Shown here: piece after piece, positions 53,301 to 64,000 of the stretch
Layout: each line of letters begins with the position of its first letter
Position numbering within the stretch: the stretch's first letter is position 1
Assembly: GCA_951406725.2 (NCBI GenBank)
Contig: OX597823.1
Location: forward strand, 58,714,001 to 58,778,000
Direction: 5' to 3'
DNA from: Octopus vulgaris
Taxonomy: Eukaryota
DNA: 64,000 nt
Program-made: the position numbers and the translations under genes
Notes under the pieces: model-generated
The model's database searches: none
Seen by the model: the letters and a program-made list of their open reading frames with translations, nothing else
What the model was told of the DNA's origin: nothing

Positions 53301-53761
53301 CAGTCAGTGACTGATATTGCTTTCTCCTTCCTACATAAATATTTCAAATATTTCCATTTAGCTTTTTATTGCTCATTGCATGAAACATGCTAACCTTAGA
53401 ATTAATTCAAACAAATATACATATATACATGTATATATATTCACACTCACACACATTTATATATGTAATACACACACACACACATGCGCACACACATCAC
53501 ACACGCACACATGCATACATACATACATACATGTGTGTATGAGTGTGATATGTATGCATGAATTTGCACTCTTATGGTGCGTATGTTTGTGTGTGTGTAG
53601 AACAAAAAGCAGAAATTGTTATACACACACACGCGCATATATATATATATATGATATATTTACACATATCATATATATATATATATATATGTATACATAT
53701 GTATATGCATATGTATATGTATATATATATATATATATGTATACATATGTATATGCATATG

Positions 53762-53797
<36 letters not shown>

Positions 53798-53815
53798 CAT
53801 ATGTATATGCATATG

Positions 53816-53863
<48 letters not shown>

Positions 53864-54319
53864 CACTTGATCTGTATTTAAAAGACCAACGTATGACTTC
53901 ACAGTTATTTTGCTGAATCTCCAGCAATCATGACTGACACGAATGATTTGATTAAAAAAAGAAAAAACATAAGGCAGTCCATTTTATCACGCTTTTCATG
54001 ATTCTATAATATAAACAGATATTTTCTCAAGTAATTTTTACAAGTATTTCTTCACAGTTGTATGATTTGCCAAATGGAAACAACCCCTATTACCAACCAA
54101 TAACGGAAATAATACACCTATTTAGTTGTTCTAACAGATAGAAACAACAGCCAAATTTTCAAGCAATATCCCACTCTTTTATATAAGTAAAAAACAATCC
54201 TTAAGAAATGTGAAACCGAACTGATGCTCTTTCCTTATTAGAGATGACACTACAGATTTTACAAGAGATTTCTGATGAAACCTTTGAATAATAAAATCTG
54301 TTGTCTTTGAATACCATAT

Positions 54320-54637
54320 TCTTTTGTTCATTAGGCACCAGGCTCGAAATTTTGGGGGAGGGGTCCACTCGATTAGATCGACCCAAGTACGCAACTGATG
54401 CTTAATTTATCGATCCCGAAAAGAAAAGTTGACTTCAGCAGAATTTGATCTCAGAGCGTAAAGAAAGACGAAATACCTATTTCTTTACTAACCACAAGGG
54501 CTAAATATAGAAGGGATAAACAAGGACAGACAAAGAGATTAAGTCGATTATATCGAACCCAGTGAGTAACTGGTACTTATTTTATCGACCCCGAAAGGAT
54601 GAAAATCAAAGTCGACCTAGGCGGAATTTGAACTCAC
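54320..54637 (-). mobile_element. SINE family B dimer, 5'-truncated
   Basis: Junction gacgaaatacctatttctttac at about 54467-54490. Confidence 0.8.
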
Positions 54638-54883
54638 ACTATGGTGTGGTAAACTTTCAGACCCTAGTCAAGATTGCGAATTCTCTGTACCCCAGGATGG
54701 TTCAGCTCTTCAACCGTTAAAAGCCACCGTTTACAGAATAAGGATAACAACGTAGCTTTCATGCACGCGCAACCGCCAGTATATCGCGTTGTGGTGGATG
54801 GATCTTCAAGTTGCCACACGCATGCTTAGTAGCTTAGAGTATGCTCGAATTAGAGATTATTCTTTGTGGCGTGAGTCCTGATT

Positions 54884-55048
54884 GGAAGAAGAAGAAGAAG
54901 AAGAAGAAGAAGAAGAAGAAGAAGAAGAAGAAGAAGAAGAAGAAGAAGAAGAAGAAGAAGAAGATGATGAAGAAGAAGAAGATGAAGAAGAAGATGAAGA
55001 AGAAGAAATAGAAGAAGAAGAAGAAGAAGAAGAAGAAGAAGAAGAAGA
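54884..55048. repeat. (GAA)n tract of about 165 bp
   Basis: Seen directly, with a few GAT interruptions. Confidence 0.95.
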
Positions 55049-55792
55049 CAACCACCAGCAATATTTTCTGTACAACAGTAACTACTAAAAGAACACCGAC
55101 AAATTAAGCAGTTAGAAATAACAAACTGCCCTTAAAACAGTATCTTTTATCTTAAAAACGTAGAAACATCGTCGAGCAGGCAGAATAATTAGCACGCCGG
55201 GCAATATGTTTTGCGGTACTTCACCCGTCTACACGTTCTGGTTTCAAATTCCGCCGAGGACAAATTTACCTTTCCTAAATTAAGTACCAGTTGAGTACTG
55301 GGTTTGATGTCATCAAATATACCCCTTCTATAGTAGAAAGGATCTATTTAGGTCATTGTGTCTAAATAATAAAACGTCTAGTCACGAGTGGAACGTGTTA
55401 GATTATACCTAACTTCGATCGGATTAATTTAGGGATGAAACCACAGCAATGAGATTGATCTTTGACAATACAGCTATAAGTTCGAATTTCAATTGAATAT
55501 ATTGTTTCATAGAAATTTTATTTTACATTGAAATATAAAAATATAAAACTTATGTGGAAAGTTGTAAAATAACATATTATGGCTAGAAATATGTCATATT
55601 AAACAAGTCAATAATTTGTTCCAGATACTGTGAAAACGCATGAAAAATACATAAAGCTTAACAGAGTAGAACAATAAAATAAAAATAAAACCAAACACAA
55701 TATGTGTGTGTGTATGTATATATATATATATACCTTTACATACATACATATATGTGTGCATGTGTGTGCGTATGCACATATACATAATACAT

Positions 55793-55869
<77 letters not shown>

Positions 55870-55914
55870 AATAAAGATAGGGAGAGAGAGAGAGAGAGAA
55901 AGGGAGAAGATGCA

Positions 55915-56694
55915 GTGAATAAACTGTCGTCTAAATTATGCAAAATTGCATAAAAATATCTTGAAATACTAAAGAGTAAATTTATTCTATAACTTTATTC
56001 TATAAATTGGCTTCAATCACGGCCTCCAGACGACTTGGGAATTTTCTGTAACTCTTCTGGACGGTTCCCTGGTATAAGTTGGTGAATGCTGACATGATCA
56101 TTGCTTTCAGTTCATCTTTGGTGTTAGAAAGGGTTTTGTTGGTCTCTCGCTCAACTGCACCCCACACATAATAATTAAGCGGGTTGCAGTCGGGGGAATT
56201 AGGTGGCCAAATCTTAGGGGTGATGTGGTCATAGAAATTGTCTGACAGCCATGACTGGATGCTCTTGCTTTTGCGGCATGGTGCAGAGTCCTGTTGCCAC
56301 TCATAGGATTTTCCAGCAGGCACACTCTGCTTCCAGGCACATGATGTAGGTTTTCGTGTTGAGTCTGAGGCCGTGTGGGAAGATGAGTGGAGGCATAACT
56401 TCGCCATCACTCGTGATCACTCCAAACACCATGATGTTGACTTAAAGTTTGATTTTTATCACTCTCGGTACGTGTCCTCAGATTGAAACCCAAACACTCT
56501 GAAATGCCAAGCAGTACAGCATGTTGTTTCCAAATTTCTGGCAGAGTGTGTTTGTCTTGCTGTTTTTTGGTGCTGTTTTTTCTCATAGACGGTACCCAAC
56601 TGACCCTACTATACTATGTAGCGGACCAAATCAAAAATAAACAATACGCATGCGTACAATAAAAAATATAAAATGGCATAATTCACCCATCGCA

Positions 56695-56697
<3 letters not shown>
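55915..56697 (-). pseudogene. Internally deleted DD37D (maT-type) Tc1/mariner element
   Basis: ORF 56000-56410 has WQQDSAPC...WPPNSPDCNPLNYYVWG, with 37 residues between the second D and the third catalytic position (here N). The upstream frame reads MVFGVITSDGEVMPP. Confidence 0.85.
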
Positions 56698-56739
<42 letters not shown>

Positions 56740-57220
56740 AGTGCGTGTATGTGTGTATAGACAGACAGACGGACAAACTGACAGATAGATAAATAGATCG
56801 ATAGACAAATAGAAAGATATAGAGACAAATTTGAACCCCGCCATTCTCATACATATATTCCAATATATTTGCATTTTTCATGAATGAAAACGTATATATG
56901 TGTATGCGTATACACTCACACACATATATGTAATATACACACACACATACACACATGAATAAATAACTTAGGCTAAACAATGGTTAAATAATACTTAAGA
57001 GAAGTAATTCTGAAGTGGAGCTCTTCTTTTAGTGGAAATAATAAAGTAGATTTTACTAGACGTTTGCGATAAAACTATCTTTGAATAATAAAAACCTTTT
57101 GTATTGCAATATCATGTTTTCTATACAAACTGGGAGACAATTGGCAAGACAAACACACTCTGACAAATACTTATGCAAACTTTGAACAATCACAACCTTT
57201 TACATTACATCACACACACA

Positions 57221-57274
<54 letters not shown>

Positions 57275-57407
57275 ATTTGAGTTTGTGTGTAAGTTTGTGT
57301 ATTATTCAGCGCCAAATCTTTATAAGTGACTCATAGGCCGAGAGTTTCATGCGCGGTAATGATCAAAATCAGTTATATATTACGGCGAAACATATTACAG
57401 TATATAT

Positions 57408-57793
57408 TCCTTTTTTTTTCTACTCTAGGCACAAAGCTCGAAATTTTTAGATCGATACCAGTATGCAACTGGTACTTAATTTATCGACCCGGAAAAGATG
57501 AGAAGCAAAGTCGACTTCGGTGGAATTTGAACTCAGAACGTAAAGAGAGACGAAATACCTATTTCTTTACTACCCCACAAAGGACTAAACACAGACAGGA
57601 CAAACAAGGACAGACAAACGGATTTAGTCGATTATATCGCCCCCAGTGCGTAATTGGTACTTATTTAATCGACCCCGAAAGGATGAAAGGCAAAGTCGAC
57701 CTCGGCGGAATTTGAACTCAGAACGTAGCGGCAGACGAAATACCGATAAGCATTTCGCCCGGCATGCTAACGTTTTTGCCAGCTCGCCACCTT
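57408..57793 (-). mobile_element. SINE family B dimer
   Basis: Same head, tail A, tail B layout as 43355-43749. Confidence 0.85.
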
Positions 57794-57964
57794 ATACTAT
57801 AGTATATATTACAGTATTCCCGAACTTTACTTTTCATGTTTTTTCTACTAGACACATCCATAAGTGCACACGCACGTACACACATTCATACACGCACACG
57901 TACTAACATGGACACTCATATATAGAAAGATATCTATATATCATGGTCTATCTATGCATATCTA

Positions 57965-58017
<53 letters not shown>

Positions 58018-58884
58018 CTGTCTATCTATCTATCTATCTACCTATAAAATTGCATATCTATGAAAAGAAGAGGAGAGATGAAATGCTTACTTCATTTGTT
58101 GACAGCTGTTTCGTAATGTGTATTCAGTTACATGAGCGACACTAAAAGCGTGCAACACACACATACATATATCGTATACACATATACAATGCACATATCT
58201 AAATACACAATTGTGATGTAACATAATAAAGCAAATTACTCATTAGAACATTTTTTGGGGCTGTGGAAATCTAGCTCTGCTAAATAAATTAAAGTTGTCT
58301 TATGATATTGTAGCAGATTTGAAAGGTATTTATTAAGTTTCTACACTTTACAGATACTAGAATAACCATATTTGGAACGTATTCAAAATGAAAATAAGTA
58401 GATAAACACAACCAGAAAATGAATGCAGTAAAAACAAAAATAAACTATTTGCTTATCAATTGGTTTATCAAACTTTAGTAGTAGAGCACCATAAAATATA
58501 AAATAAAATAATACAGGATAAATCCGTAAAGTGTAGAATAAAAAATAATATAGGTATATGTATATATTTGCATAAATATATATAACATTGAAAATTACAT
58601 GTATATTAAATATCACACAATACAAATTCATGGTTTACTAAAAATATTCCGCCTCTAGATGAGGTATTCCAATTACAAATGGAAGCTGAAACCAGTTCAA
58701 TTCCGTAGAATCATTGATTCTTGATATTGCCCACACTTTCTTCGCATATAGATTCGATCTTAATTACCATCTGGTAATTGTGACATATATTCTAGAGGCA
58801 GAAATGATTTTAATAAGTCTATAATTTTTGTTGTATGGTATTTAATATACCTGTATTTGACTATGTTGCTCACTTTTAATATGT

Positions 58885-59236
58885 ACTTGCTTACCAACTA
58901 CATGGTTCCGGGTTCAGTCTTTGGGCAAGTGTCTTCTACTATAGCCTCGGGCCGACCAAAGCCTTGTGAGTGGATTTGGTAGACGGAAACTGAAAGAAGC
59001 CCATCGTATATATATATATATATCTCTTAGTGTGTCTGTATTTGTTCGTCCACCATCGCTTGATAACTGATGTTAGTGTGTTTACGCCCCTGTAACTTAA
59101 CGGTTCGGCAAAAGAGACAGATAGAATAAGTACCAGGCTTACAAAGAATAAGTTCTGGGGTCGATTTGTTTGGCTAAAAGGCGGTGCTCCAGCATGGCTG
59201 CCGTCAAATGACTGAAACAAATGAAAGAATAAAAGA
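58885..59236 (+). mobile_element. SINE family A
   Basis: Matches 10153-10560. Confidence 0.85.
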
Positions 59237-59508
59237 CTATATATAAACGTTGCGCATGACGTTGGAATTCAGAATTTGAATGTGTAAATAAAGATTGACA
59301 CATTATTCTTGCCAATCGGGGTACCTGTAAGCTTCAAGGTATGATTTTGTATCAATTTGTATCTATAGGAATATTCTCCTGATGAGAGGAATGGAACCGT
59401 TATGTTGTTTTATATCCATTATTTTTCAATACGGTATATATGTGTGTGTGTATATATGTATGTGTTCATGTATGCATATATATATGTTTTTATATATATA
59501 TATATTCT

Positions 59509-59542
<34 letters not shown>

Positions 59543-59633
59543 CATATGTATACAAATATATATTTTCACACGTGTGCATATAATCATATATATACACACA
59601 TATACGCTTGTGTACATACACCTGCATACATAC

Positions 59634-59683
<50 letters not shown>

Positions 59684-60676
59684 GTGCGTATTTACGATAA
59701 GATCTCCACACAGTTTCTGTCTACCAAATTCACTCAGAAGGCTCGATCCCGATCTGAAGCATAAGACAATTGTACAAACCCTTGGGCTGTGGAAGTCAAC
59801 CCCATTCCACATAGATACAAAAGTGAAAGTGAGCTTCTTAACCATAGAGCCATGCCTGTGTGGTTAAGAAGCCCCCTCTATTTTGAATGAATTCTTTTGG
59901 AAGCTGCTAGTAAACGAATTAGTGCTTCCACTGCAAAAAAGCTTCAACAGAAAGAGGAATGAGAAACAAGCAAAAAATAAAATAATAAAATAAAATAAAA
60001 AATAAAAATGGTAATACAGTTATAGTCCACCATTGTTTTATTTTGTAAAAGTATATATTAATGGTGAAAGTACTCTTCCTTAAATATACTGCTGGGTCAT
60101 TAACGCTCTATATCACTGTATTAGATACTGTGGACTGATGGCAGATGTACGATGAAATTTGTTGATATTTAGCGGTATATAATTGTGTTGCAAAATAAAC
60201 AATGAATATGGCGATAAATATATGTTTTAAATGGCTATCATGACTCTTCCACGACGCAATCTTATTTTTTAATCATTTTCATTTAGACAGTTTTGCATAA
60301 ACATGATTTTGTTTTTATATCACAAGTATAATACAGTGAACAAATCGATAGATTTGTGTGAGACACACTAAATAAGCTAAACAAATACTCCCAACTCAAA
60401 CATAATTAGTACACTAGCGTTGATGTATTCTTATCTACTGCCTACACAAAATTTATAATCTATACTATTCAGAATAATAAAGAAGATTTGGAAAGTTACT
60501 TACAACAACATAAATATTTAACGAGTCATTTTTATACTTAACACTGTCATTCGTAAAAATTCTATACAATCACATGCACATAAGCATACGCATGCGCTTT
60601 TGCACATACACACAGTTACATACATATACACTAACATGTATACACATCTAAAATGGATATATACATACCTTTCCGC

Positions 60677-60897
<221 letters not shown>

Positions 60898-61609
60898 CAA
60901 CAAAAACATTATTTTCTATACCACTATCCACTCAACCACCTAAAGAATATCAGCACTAACAAGACGAAAGACAATAATCAGAAACTTCTCTCCAAAAGCG
61001 GATTGATAACACGAATAACCAGGTACTGTTTGAATGCTGCATGGGCAGTTGAATGCTGGGTACTGGGAAAAATATCTGGAAAATATTGTACTGAGAAGTT
61101 CAATATCGTTACTAGAAGAGCTATTGAAAGTGGAGAAATAAAAAGCAAGCAACAAGTGTGCCACTAAGAAGTTTCGAAACGTGCAAATACTCAGGCAACA
61201 AAAAGCCTCCAAGAAATATGTGGCACTATACTGCTGTGTCAACACCATAGTGGAGCCGTCCATGCCACTGTAGATGAGGAACTTCGACGTGCTACTGTTC
61301 AAAACACTTGCATATTTGCCGAGAACTATATTTGCTGGCTATATTTGTTTCCGGAATACAGGAAATGGAATACAGGTTAATATTATATTGAAGGTATCGA
61401 GACCAAAATGCCAGAAATGTAGAAACACACACTACTTGAGGGTTTTCTGCCTTCATCTTTCAGCTGTACAAAGCCTGAAAATATTTGAACCATTAATCTA
61501 TGTCTTGGATCGTTTCATGATGCTCCACTTGCAAGAAAATGTGCACTATACTCCGACTTGAATACGTACATACACGCACACATCAGTTGGTGAGAACAGG
61601 AAGACATAT

Positions 61610-62049
61610 TATTTAAAAATTTTGGAACATGGTTAGCAAAATAGTGGCAGGTGGTTAAGTCGATTACATCGATCTCAGTACTCAATTGGTACGTATTTTG
61701 ATCCCGAAAGGGTGAAAACGAAAGTCGACCTCGGCGAAATTTGAACACAGAACGAAAAGAGAGACGAAATGCTGCTAAGCATTTCGTCCGGCGTGCTAAC
61801 AATCTTGCTGGTTCACCGCCTTACTACAGGAAACAAATACTGATTTTAAATTTTTGCACTAGGCCAGCAATTTCGAGGAAGGTAATAAGTCGATTACACC
61901 GACACCAGAGTTTCCTTGGTGATTAATTCATGAAAAGATGAAAGGCAAAGTCGACTTTAGCAGAATTTGAACTCAGAACGTAAAGACAGACGAAATGCTA
62001 CTTGGCATTTTGCCTGGCGTGTTAACAATTCTGCTGGTTTACCGGCTTA
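61610..62049 (-). mobile_element. Two consecutive SINE family B copies
   Basis: About 61610-61823 and 61845-62049. Confidence 0.75.
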
Positions 62050-62569
62050 CAATATGAAGCAAGAATTAAAATACAAGATATATTGCTTGTACCATGTTTC
62101 GCCTTGACTTCACTCTACTCAACATAAAGAAAAAATCCTTACACCCTGAAATTTGTGAAATAAATTTTTTTTCATACGTGCAGAGATTGACCGAAATTAT
62201 TCTGGCATTTCTTTCTATTGCTATGATTAAAAAAAAAAAAAATTAAACATAACTTCATATTATAATTCCGATTCATGTATTAGTCTTTTAGTATCGTTGT
62301 TATATTTTTGTAAATTTTCTGTTTGTTTCTCTATTTATATTTATCTCTTTATCTACTAATCTGTTTATCAAACTGTGATGCTTAGTATCTTACGCACAGT
62401 CAACATTTTACCGCATTCTCTCAGCCAGGAATGTCCATTAGAGGTAATTTGTTTTGTTTTGTTTTTATAACAATCTCTGCTTCCCCCAAAACCTCTATGC
62501 ATGATATGTACATAAACACACTACCGCACACAAACACACAGATGTCGGCGTATGTATATACATGTGTAT

Positions 62570-62602
<33 letters not shown>

Positions 62603-62866
62603 CATACATACATATATATATATATATCTACATATGTACATATGCATAACTATATATAGATGCATATGTACATATACGTTTGTATATATATATATATATT
62701 ATATATATATCATATATAGGTGTATATATATATACAAACATATAGGTACGTTTGTATACATATGTGTGTGTATGCATATGTATATATATGTATGTATAAA
62801 TACATACAGACATACACGCATATCTATATGTGTGTGTGCTGTGTGTATGCATGTTTTGTGTGTGTG

Positions 62867-62910
<44 letters not shown>

Positions 62911-63317
62911 GTGTGTGTACGTGCCAGGCAAAATAACTCTGCCTTTCTAGTTTTTGTAAATTTGTCTTTTTTTCACATTCCCCTCTTATTTTTTATGATT
63001 TTTCTAGAAATCATCATACTAACAGAAAGGTCAAAAGCATTATTTCACTTTATTTCTTTTTATGAATGAATATAAGAAATGGTCCTGTTCATTGTTAGCC
63101 TTATAATATGTCATTTTGCTATCGATAAATATGTATAGAGATAATGCACATTTTCAGATTTTTGCTCACAAATGACTTTTAGATATTCATAAAGAATGGT
63201 AAAGAAAGCACATACAAATATAGAACTATGCTCTTACAACTCCCCAAAATTATAGCACGCATAATACATGCATACGTACGCATGCGCACACAAAACGCCT
63301 GCTGAGTACACGAAGGT

Positions 63318-63373
<56 letters not shown>

Positions 63374-63616
63374 GTCTTTGCATGTATATATAATCCTTTA
63401 TATTGTAGGCACGAGACCTGAAATGCTGTGGACGTGAGATAGTCGAATTCATAAACCTTAGTCCTCATCTGGTACTTATTTTATTGACCCCGAAAGAGAG
63501 AAAGGTAAAGTCGACCCTGGCAGAATTTGAATTTAGAAGTATGTCAAAATAATAAGCAATACTTATATAAAGAACAGATACACATTGAAGTACAACCAAT
63601 ATAATTTTGTTTGAAA

Positions 63617-64000
63617 TGCGGCAGCTGGCAGAAACGTTAGCACGCCGGGCGAAATGCTTAGCAGTATTTCATCTGCCGTTACGTTCTGAGTTCAAATTCC
63701 GCTGAGGTTGACTTTGCCTTTCATCCTTTCGGAGTCGATAAATTAAGTACCAGTTACGCACTGGGGTCGATATAATCGACTTAATCCGTTTGTCTGTCCT
63801 TGTTTCTCCCCTCTACGTTTAACCCCTTGTGAGCAATAAAGAAATAAGAAACGTTAGCACGCCGGACGAAATGCTTAGCAGTATTTCGTCTGCCGCTACG
63901 TTCTGAGATCATATTCCGCCGAGGTCGACTTTGCCTTTCATCCTTTCGGGGTCCATTAAATAAGTACCAGTTACGCACTGTGGTCGATATAATCGACTTA
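63617..64000 (+). mobile_element. SINE family B dimer running off the window
   Basis: The second unit restarts at agaaacgttagcacgccgg (about 63847). Confidence 0.85.

Noticed and set aside
54266-54299. agattt CTGATGA aaccttt GAAT aata aaatct, superficially hammerhead-like
   Set aside because: GAAA is broken, there is no stem III and stem II is only 2 bp, so it is plausibly chance in AT-rich DNA.
54882-55088. Poly-Glu ORF
   Set aside because: It is the (GAA)n microsatellite, with no evidence of coding context.
59370-59400. CTGATGAG motif
   Set aside because: No paired GAAA or stem III downstream.

Overview
AT-rich, repeat-saturated eukaryotic DNA, most likely intronic or intergenic. The repeat families suggest a coleoid cephalopod such as Octopus (inference). 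I can support no intact host protein-coding gene, and almost all listed ORFs are translations of (TA)n, (CA)n, (TATC)n, (TAA)n or (GAA)n microsatellites or of SINEs. Recognisable content: dozens of tRNA-derived SINE copies from at least four families, a full-length decayed mariner (23278-24575), a full-length decayed Chapaev3-like CMC transposon with a TAA duplication (13325-15645), Tc1 and DD37D/maT remnants, hAT- and pogo-type MITEs, CR1-like RT decay, R4/Dong-like RLE LINE ends in (TAA)n, and a Tx1/L1-like 3' end. The most notable signal is about a dozen type I hammerhead-ribozyme (HHR) motifs from several unrelated short non-coding element families, mostly sitting in (TA)n tracts. Three of these elements share a fold-back layout with an inverted 5' copy, and the two larger ones also show terminal redundancy. 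One (38100-39191) is almost perfectly self-complementary and carries two oppositely oriented HHRs with intact cores. They look like non-autonomous Penelope-like or retrozyme-type ribozyme retroelements. All alignments and folds were done by eye.
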